In this document: in pieces, positions 30,423 to 39,756 of the stretch | Layout: every line of letters starts with the position of its first letter | Numbering within the stretch: position 1 is the first letter of the stretch | Origin: an uncultured Mycoplasmatota bacterium | GTDB lineage: Bacteria > Bacillota_I > Bacilli_A > RF39 > UBA660 | Length of the DNA stretch: 64,000 bases | Assembly: GCA_900548695.1 (NCBI GenBank) | Contig: URLC01000001.1 | Span: 75,878 to 139,877, forward strand | Direction: 5' to 3' | The notes under the pieces: model-generated | What the model was told of the DNA's origin: nothing | Databases searched by the model: none | Seen by the model: only the letters and a program-made list of their open reading frames with translations | Position numbers and translations under genes: made by a program

Positions 30423-31142
30423 ATGGATATTTTTATTAATAATCAAAGATATTCTATTGATAAAAAAAACTTTTTAAATGATGGAGCTAGTGGGAACTGT
30501 TATAGACTAAAAAAGGAGAACCTTGACTTATCAGTTAAGATATATCACGAGAAAGATCCTATGGGTTTTGGAGAACCTTGGTTTCCTGATGAAGATACGT
30601 TAAAAAAATTAATTGAGTTATCACCACAAACCAATCCTATTTTATTGAGTCAGTTTATAGTAAGGGATGAAAATGGTAAATATATAGGTTGCGCTAAAGA
30701 CTATGTTGATGATTTAGGACTAGATACTTTAACAGAAGTTTTTTCACAACCTAAAGGCATTATAATTGATTACTTACAAGAAATTCAGGAGAAAATTCCA
30801 TTATTTCATGAGGCAGGTATTATTTTAGACGATTGGAATACTGATAATATTTTATTTGGTTCGCATTTAGGTAAAGAAGGAATTTATGTTTTTGATGATG
30901 GAAACTATTATTTTAGTGATGATACGAGTTCTAATCATCTTGAATTTAACCATTTAATTGAAGATTTAGTTGATAATTTCGTTCCAGAGCACAAATTCGG
31001 CAAAGCTAAATCCTATATTTTGAATGAAATGTATAATTCGTCTGACTATTTAGAATACTTAATTAGATTAAGCAATAATAGTAATACTTTAGGAGAAGGA
31101 TTATCTAATCATGTTCAAAAAATTAAAATGAAGTACTATTAA
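30423..31142 (+). CDS. Small protein-kinase-like fold protein (CotS/bacterial spore kinase or Kdo-kinase-like)
   Basis: Gly-rich loop DGASGNCY, lysine VKIY, catalytic-loop-like ILDDWNTDNILFG and DxG-like VFDDGNY. Confidence 0.4.
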   Translation: MDIFINNQRYSIDKKNFLNDGASGNCYRLKKENLDLSVKIYHEKDPMGFGEPWFPDEDTLKKLIELSPQTNPILLSQFIVRDENGKYIGCAKDYVDDLGLDTLTEVFSQPKGIIIDYLQEIQEKIPLFHEAGIILDDWNTDNILFGSHLGKEGIYVFDDGNYYFSDDTSSNHLEFNHLIEDLVDNFVPEHKFGKAKSYILNEMYNSSDYLEYLIRLSNNSNTLGEGLSNHVQKIKMKYY

Positions 31143-31156
31143 AAGGAATGATTTAA

Positions 31157-31753
31157 TCATTCCTTTTCTAGTTTGTCAGCAAGAGATCCGGCTCTCAACA
31201 TTTCAATTTTATCATTTTCAATTTTTATAATTGTTGACGCTTCATTTTTGACTACTCCGCCATCTAATATGTAGCTGATTTTTTGTTGCATTTTATCTTC
31301 TATTTGAGAAACTTCAGTAATTGCTGCTTTAGATGTTATATTGGCGCTCGTTGCTATTAGAGGTCTACTCACTTTTCTTATGATATTTAATAGCCTTTCA
31401 TCATTTGGCATTCTAACTGCTATATAGGGTGATGAGGCAGTTAAAATATCTGATACTTTTTCTTTTTTGGGAAAAAGAATAGTTAATGGTCCTGGCCAGT
31501 ATTTAGAAATTATTTCTTCTGTTTTTGGAGATATTTCACTTACCACTTTTTCTAACATTTTTCTATCAGAAACTAGAACTAATAATGGTTTATTAAAGCT
31601 TCTTTCTTTAGCCTCAAAAACTTTCTTAATAGTTTCCTCCTTTGTAGCATCTGCAACTATTCCATAAACTGTATCTGTTGGCATAATTACTAAATTTCCT
31701 TTTTTTAATTCAGAAATTATTCTCTCTTCTTGCATTTTATCATCTCTTTTCAC
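31157..31753 (-). CDS. tsaC: L-threonylcarbamoyladenylate synthase (YrdC/Sua5 family)
   Basis: PTDTVYGIVADA, KPLLVLVSD, WPGPLTILFP and ATSANITS match the YrdC fold. Confidence 0.8.
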   Translation of the reverse strand: MKRDDKMQEERIISELKKGNLVIMPTDTVYGIVADATKEETIKKVFEAKERSFNKPLLVLVSDRKMLEKVVSEISPKTEEIISKYWPGPLTILFPKKEKVSDILTASSPYIAVRMPNDERLLNIIRKVSRPLIATSANITSKAAITEVSQIEDKMQQKISYILDGGVVKNEASTIIKIENDKIEMLRAGSLADKLEKE

Positions 31754-31801
31754 CTTTATTATACTCGCTTTTATAAAAAAAAGAAACTGTTTTCACAGTT
31801 T

Positions 31802-33013
31802 CTATCTTCCATACCACCAAGCTCTTAGGCTTGATGGAAAACTAATATAGCTTCTTGGATTTACTGTACTTCTTTGGTAGGTTGCCCAAGTACAACCTCC
31901 TCCTTTATTCCAGTCACAAGTTGTTATTTCCATGTGCAAATGGGCTCCCGTAGAATTTCCGGTATTTCCCATTCTACCAATCATAGTGTTTGGTGTTACT
32001 ACTTGTCCAACATTGACATTCCATGATGATAAATGTGCATAAGTTGAATATAAATATCTACCATTAACAACATGTCTTATTTTTAAGACTAAGGCTCCCG
32101 CACTATCATAATACTTAGCAAATACAACACCATTGGCTATTGGATAGATAGGCATGGTCTTATTAGAATTAGAATAATCCATTCCTAAGTGTCCTCCATA
32201 ACCACCCCAGTTTTGAGTTACATATCCATTTTCCATAGGGCGATAAAATCCAGATACAGATGGAGGTAAGACATTGCCTCCACCACCTCCTCCACCAGAG
32301 TGTTCTTGATCATAACGAACTTGACAAGTGAAGATATTTTCATTTTCTCCACAACCAAGACTTTCATAATATTTTACGTTATCTTTTGCTGATTTAATTT
32401 GCTTTTCGATATCTGGCATGGCATCTTTTAGAGACTTAGTATCAGCATTAATTCTTTCTTTTTGGTCTTCTAATTCTGCTTGCTTTGTTTTTTGTTCTGA
32501 TTGTTTTTCTGTTAGTGTCTTTTGTTGTTGTTTGTTTTTTTCAATTAACTGATCTAACTCTTTCATTACTCTATCATTATATTCAGTTAGTTGTTCTACT
32601 ACAGACATGCGATAAATCATATCTGTGATACTTGTTGCTCCAAAAGCATATTCTAAGTAAGCATTTTCTCCATTTGCTATTTGATAATACTCTAGTATTT
32701 TTTTGCTTTCTTCACTTTTTTCTTTTATTTCTTCGTTACTTTTCTTTATTTCTTCTTCTAAATTGCTAATTTCTGTTGCAATATTTTGTAACTCTGTTTC
32801 TATTTGAGAAATTTTTGCTTTTATTTCAGCTACTTCTTTATCGTTTTTTGCTACCTTATTTTGTTTTTCTTGAAGTTCTGATGTGAATTTTTCTACTTCT
32901 GCTCTTAATTCTTTTAATGTTTGTCCTCCTGCATTTACATCTTCAGGTAGTATGATGTAAGATGCAATTAGTGATATTAAGATTAGAAGGATTATTACCT
33001 TTTTTCTCTTCAT
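31802..33013 (-). CDS. Coiled-coil M23 family peptidoglycan endopeptidase (EnvC/PcsB-like FtsEX partner)
   Basis: Signal peptide and a long coiled coil, then a GGGGGGG linker. C-terminal M23 domain has HLGMDY...HLHMEI. Stop-start overlaps ftsX. Confidence 0.8.
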   Translation of the reverse strand: MKRKKVIILLILISLIASYIILPEDVNAGGQTLKELRAEVEKFTSELQEKQNKVAKNDKEVAEIKAKISQIETELQNIATEISNLEEEIKKSNEEIKEKSEESKKILEYYQIANGENAYLEYAFGATSITDMIYRMSVVEQLTEYNDRVMKELDQLIEKNKQQQKTLTEKQSEQKTKQAELEDQKERINADTKSLKDAMPDIEKQIKSAKDNVKYYESLGCGENENIFTCQVRYDQEHSGGGGGGGNVLPPSVSGFYRPMENGYVTQNWGGYGGHLGMDYSNSNKTMPIYPIANGVVFAKYYDSAGALVLKIRHVVNGRYLYSTYAHLSSWNVNVGQVVTPNTMIGRMGNTGNSTGAHLHMEITTCDWNKGGGCTWATYQRSTVNPRSYISFPSSLRAWWYGR

Positions 33014-33924
33014 TATACTTTTAAGTACTTTCTTACGGCACTGGCACTACCAACCATACCGACTAAAATACCAATCACTATTACTATTCCAGCAGTAGAA
33101 TAGATAAATGGTTCTGGTTTAATTAATTGAATTAATTGTGAAAATAAGTAACCATCAAAATGTTTATAGAAAGCTAAATATCCATATGTAGTAAATATTA
33201 CTGGTACAATTGATCCTAATAGACCTAAAATCATACCTTCAATAATAAATGGTGTCTTAATAGTAAAGTTACTTGCCCCAACAAGGCGCATAATACTAAT
33301 TTCACGACGTCTTGCTGAGATAGTTAGTTTAATTGTATTAATGATTAAAAATACCGTTACTACTACTAAAGCTATAACTACACCATAAGTCACTTTTTCG
33401 ATAGATGAGAAGGCTGTAATCATTTTATCTACCATTCCTTCTCCATATCTGACTGTATTAACTTTATCAATCTCTTTGATTCTTTCAGCGGTTTTAGAAA
33501 TCTTTTCTACATTTTTAACTTTAACTTGGAACGTATCCTTTAAAGGACTTTCTGAATCATCCCATTCATCTAATACTGTATCAAAAACTTCAGATTCTTC
33601 TTGCATTGCTTCTTTTACTTCAGATTTCGATTCAAATTTTAAACTATTTTTATTTACATTTGGTATTTTTGTTATCTCTTTTTCAATTCTATCTACATCT
33701 TCTTCAGTAGCATCATTGTTTAAAAATATTACGATAGTTAAATCTTTTTCAATTTCTTTCGTAAAATTTTGAACATTAAATGATGCTATGATGGCAATTG
33801 CTACTATTATGAGTGTAATAGTAATACATGAAATCGATGCTAGTGATAAACTAAAATTTCTTATTACACTTTTGAAAGCATCTCTAATGCTTCGTCCTAA
33901 CATTCTAAATATTTTCATCCGCAT
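33013..33924 (-). CDS. ftsX: Cell division permease FtsX
   Basis: 303 aa with the 4-TM FtsX architecture. Overlaps ftsE. Confidence 0.8.
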   Translation of the reverse strand: MRMKIFRMLGRSIRDAFKSVIRNFSLSLASISCITITLIIVAIAIIASFNVQNFTKEIEKDLTIVIFLNNDATEEDVDRIEKEITKIPNVNKNSLKFESKSEVKEAMQEESEVFDTVLDEWDDSESPLKDTFQVKVKNVEKISKTAERIKEIDKVNTVRYGEGMVDKMITAFSSIEKVTYGVVIALVVVTVFLIINTIKLTISARRREISIMRLVGASNFTIKTPFIIEGMILGLLGSIVPVIFTTYGYLAFYKHFDGYLFSQLIQLIKPEPFIYSTAGIVIVIGILVGMVGSASAVRKYLKV

Positions 33925-34603
33925 ATGTTCCTTTCTGTTTGAAGTTTACCAAATGTCCATCTTTTAAAGTTATTACTTGCTTTTTCATTCTATTTACAAT
34001 TTCTTTGTCATGTGTAGCCATAATTATAGTAGTTCCTCTGGTTTTATTAATATTTTCTAAAACTTTCATTATTTCCATACTTCTTTCAGGATCTAAGTTT
34101 CCTGTTGGCTCGTCACACAATAATAGTTTTGGATTATTTACAATAGCCCTAGCAATAGCAACACGTTGTTGTTCTCCACCTGATAATTGATCCGGATAAT
34201 TGTGAACCTTGTTTTTTAGTCCTACTTCCTCTAAGGCTTTTAAAACTTTCGTCCTAGTAACATCTTTACTTGCACCTATTACTTCCATAGCAAAAGCAAC
34301 ATTTTCATATACTGTTAATTTAGGTAATAAACGGTAGTCTTGAAAAACAATACCTAATTTACGGCGAAGTTTATATACTTTTGTATTTCTTAATTTAGCA
34401 ACATCTAACCCTCCAACAATAATTTGTCCTCGAGTAGGTTTTTCTTCACGATAAAGCATTTTGATTAGTGTACTTTTTCCACTTCCTGATCCACCGATTA
34501 CGAAAGTAAATGAGCCTTTTTCGATAGCTAGGTTTAAATCATAAATAGCGGTAACACCATTTTTGTATTTTTTTTCTACGTTTTTGATTCTAATTAAGTC
34601 CAT
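33905..34603 (-). CDS. ftsE: Cell division ATP-binding protein FtsE
   Basis: ABC ATPase: GGSGSGKST, LSGGEQQR and LLLCDEPTGNLD. Confidence 0.9.
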   Translation of the reverse strand: MDLIRIKNVEKKYKNGVTAIYDLNLAIEKGSFTFVIGGSGSGKSTLIKMLYREEKPTRGQIIVGGLDVAKLRNTKVYKLRRKLGIVFQDYRLLPKLTVYENVAFAMEVIGASKDVTRTKVLKALEEVGLKNKVHNYPDQLSGGEQQRVAIARAIVNNPKLLLCDEPTGNLDPERSMEIMKVLENINKTRGTTIIMATHDKEIVNRMKKQVITLKDGHLVNFKQKGTYADENI

Positions 34604-34689
34604 ATTTACTTCCTCCTAGTATATTTTATTATATCACATATTTCGACATAACAAAAGGGAAGATTTTGGAATTCTTCCCTCATTGTACA

Positions 34690-35559
34690 TTACTTTCCGC
34701 CTTGCACTTCATAGGCATCTTCTACGACAAAAAAGACTTTTGGATCAATTAATTTAATTCCTTCAGTTAAGCGATAATATTCTCTAGTAGGTATTACAGA
34801 AAGTAAAACTCGCCTTCTTTTTTCTAAGAAAGCTCCTTTTACATCAAAGATGGTAACACTATGTTTTAAAGTTTCTAAAATATAGTTTTTTATTTCCTGT
34901 TCTTTGGTAGTTATGATATAGAAAGCTTTATTTCTTGAAACTCCTAATAGGACTTTATCAATCATAATATTATTAATAAATAATAAAATACTTGCATACA
35001 TAACCATTGTCCATCCTAGAAAATAACCACCTATTAAAATGATGATACCATTGATAATAAAACTCGATTTCGCTATTGGAATTTTTTTATATTTATATAA
35101 AATTTGGCTAATAATAGGTAAGCCACCATTACTAAATCCTGTTTTATAAATAAATCCATTGGCTAATCCGCCTAATACTCCAGCAAAAATAATAATTAAA
35201 AATTTATCACTATAGTCTAGTGAAATGTTAGTTGTAATTAGTGAGGTTAATTTCACAAATAGTGGATATATAAAAGTTGCTAATATGGCTCCAGCTGTTT
35301 TTTCTTTTCCAAGATACATATAGCTTACTATTAAGCAGGAAAGTGATACTAAAAAAATAATCAGTGAAGTATCTATTCCATATATATGATTTGTTAAAGT
35401 AGCAATTCCTCCTACACCACCTGTTACTAAGTTGGTTGGTAAAATTAATAAATTATATACAAAAGATCCCACTAATAATGCTACTAATAGTGTGATTATT
35501 CTGCGAAATAAATCTTTCTTTTGTAGTCTCGCTATTATATTTTCAATTTTAATATCCAT
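34690..35559 (-). CDS. YitT-family membrane protein (DUF161 + DUF2179)
   Basis: Polytopic N-terminus and a C-terminal soluble domain. Paralogous to the next gene. Confidence 0.65.
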   Translation of the reverse strand: MDIKIENIIARLQKKDLFRRIITLLVALLVGSFVYNLLILPTNLVTGGVGGIATLTNHIYGIDTSLIIFLVSLSCLIVSYMYLGKEKTAGAILATFIYPLFVKLTSLITTNISLDYSDKFLIIIFAGVLGGLANGFIYKTGFSNGGLPIISQILYKYKKIPIAKSSFIINGIIILIGGYFLGWTMVMYASILLFINNIMIDKVLLGVSRNKAFYIITTKEQEIKNYILETLKHSVTIFDVKGAFLEKRRRVLLSVIPTREYYRLTEGIKLIDPKVFFVVEDAYEVQGGK

Positions 35560-36449
35560 TATTCACCTCCAAACACTTCATAAGCATCCGTTACAACAAA
35601 GAACGCATTAGGGTCTATTTCATGAATACCTTCTTTTAGACGATAATAGTCTTTCGTTGGTAAAACGCACATTAAAACTCGTTGATGCTCTTTTGCGTAA
35701 CCACCTTTAGCATTAAATACTGTTACACCATGATTTAGATATTTTAAAATATATTCCTTAATCGTCTTTTCTTCTGATGTAACTATATAAAAAGCCTTAC
35801 TATCAGATACGCCTAAAATAACTCTGTCAGATATATAACTAATAATATAAAGTAATACTATAGAATACATAAATCTTGTTGGACCAAAAACAAAGGCTGT
35901 TAATAGTACTACAAATCCATCGGTATAAAGCATGCTTTTTCCTATCCCAATTTTAAAATACTTGGAAATAATTTGATTTAATGTATCAGTTCCACCGGTT
36001 GAAAAACCAGCTTTAGAAAGCATTCCAAAACCAATACCATATACTACTGCTCCAAATACAGCCAATAACAGTAATTGATCTGTTTCAATATCAATCCAGA
36101 TGCCTATATTAGCAGTAATAGAAACAAAAAACGGATATAGAATTGCTCCTAAGACAATTGATTTTGTAGACTCTTTTCCTAATAAAAAATAGCTTGCTGC
36201 CAATAGAATGATAGAGCCAATTAAAATTACTAATGAATTATTTATTCCAAATAAGGAATTTAAAATAATTGCGAGTCCACTAACTCCACCTGATACTAGT
36301 TCATTCGGAACTAAAAATAAGTTGTATGATAACGCCATTAAAAAGCAACCTATGATAAATTGAATATAACGTTTGATGCTGGTTTTGGAATTAATTTGCT
36401 CTAAAATTTTTAGATTTTTATTTTTAGAAAATAAATTCATGCTTCTCAC
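35559..36449 (-). CDS. YitT-family membrane protein (paralog)
   Basis: Same architecture as the previous gene. Conserved C-terminal ...FFVVxDAYEVxGG. Confidence 0.65.
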   Translation of the reverse strand: MRSMNLFSKNKNLKILEQINSKTSIKRYIQFIIGCFLMALSYNLFLVPNELVSGGVSGLAIILNSLFGINNSLVILIGSIILLAASYFLLGKESTKSIVLGAILYPFFVSITANIGIWIDIETDQLLLLAVFGAVVYGIGFGMLSKAGFSTGGTDTLNQIISKYFKIGIGKSMLYTDGFVVLLTAFVFGPTRFMYSIVLLYIISYISDRVILGVSDSKAFYIVTSEEKTIKEYILKYLNHGVTVFNAKGGYAKEHQRVLMCVLPTKDYYRLKEGIHEIDPNAFFVVTDAYEVFGGE

Positions 36450-36455
36450 CCTTTA

Positions 36456-37551
36456 TTATCTATTCTTTAAATTTGCTTCTATAAATATATCAATATCTCC
36501 ATCTAATACTTTGGTGACATTACTTGTTTCCGTATTTGTACGATGATCTTTGACCATAGAATATGGATGAAGTACATAACTTCTAATTTGGGACCCAAAA
36601 TTAATATTTGCTTGATTTCCCTTTATTTCATTTAATTCTTGTGCTTGTTCTTCCAGTTTTTTTATTAGCAATTTATTTTTTAAAACTTTTAAGGCTTGCT
36701 CCTTATTTTGAATTTGACTGCGTTCATTTTGACAAGTTACTACAATCTTAGTTGGTAAATGGGTAACTCTTACGGCTGAGTCCGTGGTGTTAACTCCTTG
36801 TCCTCCTGCTCCAGTTGAGCGGTATACATCAATTTTTAAGTCTTTTTCATCTATCTCAATATCAGAATCCTGTTCTATTTCTGGAGTTATTTCTACAGAG
36901 GCAAAAGAGGTATGACGACGATTATTAGAATCAAAAGGAGAAAGTCTTACTAATCTATGAATTCCTTTTTCATTTTTTAAATAGCCATAAGCATTGTGAC
37001 CAATTACTCTAATAGAAACATTTTTTATACCAGCTTCTTCTCCATCTTGATAATCTAAGACTTCTATTTTATATTTTTTCTTTTCGCACCATCTAGTATA
37101 CATGCGATAAAGCATTAAAGCCCAATCACAAGATTCTGTTCCTCCTGCTCCAGGATGAATTTCTAAAATACAGTTATTTTTATCATAAGGACCACTTAAT
37201 AACAATAAAATGTTTAATCTTTCAGCATCTTTATTTATTTCTTTCGTATCTGTTTCTAATAATTTTATACTTTCTACATCCTCTTCCACTTCTAATAACT
37301 CTATTAATTCCATATTATCATTAATTCTTTTTAGTAAACCTTCCATATCATCGATAACAGCTTTTTCTTCATTTAATTCTTTAATTATTTTTTCTGCTGT
37401 TATACGATCACTCCAAAAATTCATATCTTTTGTTTTTTCTTCTAGTTTATGAACATAAAGCTTTTTAGAATCGATGTCAAAGTGACCTCCATAAATCTTC
37501 TAATAAATTTTTATTTTTTTGTAAATCATCTTTAATTTCTCTTAATTCCAT
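36456..37551 (-). CDS. prfB: Peptide chain release factor 2 (two frames joined by programmed +1 frameshift)
   Basis: The upstream frame MELREIKDDLQKNKNLLEDLWRSL ends at an in-frame UGA within GGAGGUCACUUUGAC. The +1 frame continues DIDSKKLYVHKLEEKTKDMNFW..., with GGQ in SPFDSNNRRHTSFASV and a catalytic-domain match. AAGGAG RBS before the ATG at 37551. Confidence 0.9.
37467..37473 (-). promoter_or_regulatory. prfB autoregulatory +1 frameshift site CUU UGA C with upstream SD-like GGAGG
   Basis: Read on the minus strand: tatGGAGGtcaCTTTGAC. This is the classic RF2 recoding context. Confidence 0.85.
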
Positions 37552-37597
37552 ATTACTCTCCTTCTTATTTTGTTCTTTTTCATAAAAACTATGCTAA

Positions 37598-37706
37598 TTC
37601 ACTGTTAAGGTAACACATTTTAGCTTTTTTCTCAATTATTTTTTTATTTTATGTATATATTTTTGTAATTAGCATATAGTATTAGTGAGGAAGGTTCACT
37701 GTTAAG
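37598..37706. repeat. Two exact 12-bp direct repeats TTCACTGTTAAG (37598-37609 and 37695-37706) in prfB upstream / NADAR downstream region
   Basis: Read directly; the copies are 97 bp apart. Confidence 0.5.
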
Positions 37707-37732
37707 TGTGAAGATCCTCTGTAAATAGATAT

Positions 37733-37757
37733 AGGAGCTCAAATGGGCTCCTTTTTT
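37733..37757 (+). terminator. Plus-strand-oriented hairpin terminator AGGAGC-tcaaatgg-GCTCCT + TTTTTT with no plus-strand gene (possible small antisense/intergenic RNA end)
   Basis: Hairpin plus T-run on the plus strand only. The flanking genes are on the minus strand. Confidence 0.3.
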
Positions 37758-37836
37758 GAAAGGACATCGTATTAGTATTATGATGTCTTTTTATATTGAA
37801 TTTTAATATTATAGTTTTTCTATATATTTTGGTTTT

Positions 37837-38331
37837 TTACTTTTTCTTTTTTTTATATTCATCTCTTATTTTCATCCAAAGTTTTCCTAAATTATTTTGT
37901 CCACTTCTATTTGCTCCCCATCCCCAAAAGTTGTCTTTTGGGGAATCTTCCACTATTAGGTAATCTTTTGTTTCTAGTAATTTCTTCAATACATAGGGAT
38001 TCTGTTCTAATTTACATCTTAATATTTCTTCCATTACTCTTAATGACTTTTTTTTCCAATTTTTATCTTGTTTATCTTTGTTATAAAAGCTTATTTTTTG
38101 CGCTTCATGGGCTGAATGACTATTTTTAATTTTTTCGACAATTTCTGGAGATGACTCTATAAAATGAGCTGCTTGGTAAGCTTCTTCGGCAGTTGAGTAC
38201 AAATAGCCATTATATTCAACTTTAAAGGAACTAAAATTATCTAATGGATAAAATTCTCGTGGGTAAAACCCTATAACTTCTTCCATTTTTTCTGTTAACC
38301 ATAAGTCCCTGTATTGTTCCAATCTAATCAT
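37837..38331 (-). CDS. NADAR-domain protein (YbiA/DUF1768 family N-glycosidase / ADP-ribose processing)
   Basis: 164 aa align along their length to E. coli YbiA. Shared blocks: FYPL..DNFS.F, STAEEAYQAAHF, KNW, KLEQ, LLET...LVEDSP.DNFWGWG..RSGQNNLGKLWMKIR. Confidence 0.75.
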   Translation of the reverse strand: MIRLEQYRDLWLTEKMEEVIGFYPREFYPLDNFSSFKVEYNGYLYSTAEEAYQAAHFIESSPEIVEKIKNSHSAHEAQKISFYNKDKQDKNWKKKSLRVMEEILRCKLEQNPYVLKKLLETKDYLIVEDSPKDNFWGWGANRSGQNNLGKLWMKIRDEYKKKKK

Positions 38332-38389
38332 ATATTTACCTTCTTTCTATAGTAAATATACTGTTTAAAGAGGAACTATTATTGTCACA

Positions 38390-38866
38390 TTAAAATTTTT
38401 CTTCTAATATTTCTAATTTTGTTATTCTATTTAAATAAAAGTGTCTTATTTCTTGTTTACTTTCACAAAATGCAGCTACTCCCCATTTTCCTTCCAAAAT
38501 CATTAAATTATATGGTCTAATTTTTCTATATGTTATTTTATTATGTTCTTTTGAATAGTATTCTATATAGCACTTCGTCTTTGATTTAATAGCCTTACTT
38601 AAAATATTGAAAAATTCTTTATTATTCAATGTGATATTTTTCGGCTTAATATATTTTTCAGGTAATTTTATTTCTTGGTTTAGATAGTATCCACCATATG
38701 GTCCTCTTATTGTTTCAATAAAGATACCTGCTAATTCTAGCTCACTTTTGTATTGCCTTATCATTCTTGGAGTAACTTCTAATTTTTCAGATAATTCTTT
38801 AATACTATATTTTTTTCCATTTTGAAGATATTCCAGCATTAATAAAACATTAGAAAGTTTAGACAT
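38390..38866 (-). CDS. Compact HTH-WYL domain transcriptional regulator
   Basis: N-terminus LLMLEYLQNGKKYSIKELSEKLEVTPRMIRQYKSELELAGIFIETIRGPYGGYYL matches the HTH_11-type helix of WYL regulators. C-terminus YRKIRPYNLMILEGKWGVAAFC...RHFYLNRI is WYL-like. Confidence 0.7.
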   Translation of the reverse strand: MSKLSNVLLMLEYLQNGKKYSIKELSEKLEVTPRMIRQYKSELELAGIFIETIRGPYGGYYLNQEIKLPEKYIKPKNITLNNKEFFNILSKAIKSKTKCYIEYYSKEHNKITYRKIRPYNLMILEGKWGVAAFCESKQEIRHFYLNRITKLEILEEKF

Positions 38867-39183
38867 AATATCACCAACTATATTATACTTTAATTAACAA
38901 GAAAAAGATATGTAGCAGATATTAAAATTATATTTTAATCGTATCTATTCTTATTGTTTTTCTACTATTTATAATAATTATTATCTACCACATTTCTTAT
39001 ATTTCTTTTCTGAATCAACTAGAAAAATGAGAAATTCTATTTTTTGTGAACTTTTCTTCCTATTTTCATAGATGTTTAATAATCTTTAATTAGTGCCATG
39101 TAAAGGAATTCATAGGTTTCTTTAAATTCTTAATTACTTTTCCAATTCATTAAACTAAACTTGTATCTAAATCTATCTCTAAT

Positions 39184-39678
39184 TTAAAATAAATTAAATA
39201 AATAATAGTTTTCTTTATATTCATCTCTAAATAATCCACTTTTAATATATTTTCCACCTATATGTTTATAAAAATCATTTGACTTATTTCCATCTAAACA
39301 TCCAATAACTAACTTTTCAATTTTATTTTTCTTTATCATATCTACCGCAAAATTATATAATTTTTTTCCATATCCCTTACCTTGATATTCTTTTAAAATA
39401 TATAATGAATGTATCTCAGCGGCATCTTCATATTTATCTGAATCCAATTCAAAATAAATCCAACCAGCTATTCTATTATTAATTTCCAAAATATAATAAT
39501 TAGGCTGATCAACAATATGTTTTTTTATTTTTTCAGCAGAGTCATTTTCATAATTAAATAAATTATTTAAAAATTCTTCGTTGACAATACCTTTATATGT
39601 GTCGTTCCAAACTGTTGCTATTGCATGAGCTAACTCTTGAGCATCTTCTTTTTTTCTTTTTCTAATTATTGCTTCCAT
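39184..39678 (-). CDS. GNAT family N-acetyltransferase
   Basis: 164 aa with acetyl-CoA motif A LKEYQGKGYGKKLY. Confidence 0.7.
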   Translation of the reverse strand: MEAIIRKRKKEDAQELAHAIATVWNDTYKGIVNEEFLNNLFNYENDSAEKIKKHIVDQPNYYILEINNRIAGWIYFELDSDKYEDAAEIHSLYILKEYQGKGYGKKLYNFAVDMIKKNKIEKLVIGCLDGNKSNDFYKHIGGKYIKSGLFRDEYKENYYLFNLF

Positions 39679-39717
39679 ATTACCACCTAATGTTTATTAT
39701 ATACTAAATAAATATAA

Positions 39718-39756
39718 AAAGATATATCTGGAGTTTTAGCAACCAAATATATCTTT
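39718..39756 (-). terminator. Hairpin AAAGATATAT-(19 nt)-ATATATCTTT with T-run, downstream of secA
   Basis: Read directly. It is followed by a T-run on the minus strand. Confidence 0.4.

Noticed and set aside
39184-39678. GNAT gene as a GNAT-type toxin (tRNA-acetylating TA toxin)
   Set aside because: No adjacent small RHH or HTH antitoxin-sized ORF pairs with it. The WYL gene is separated by 317 bp and has its own signals. Its size and motifs fit an ordinary GNAT. It is retained only as part of the island.
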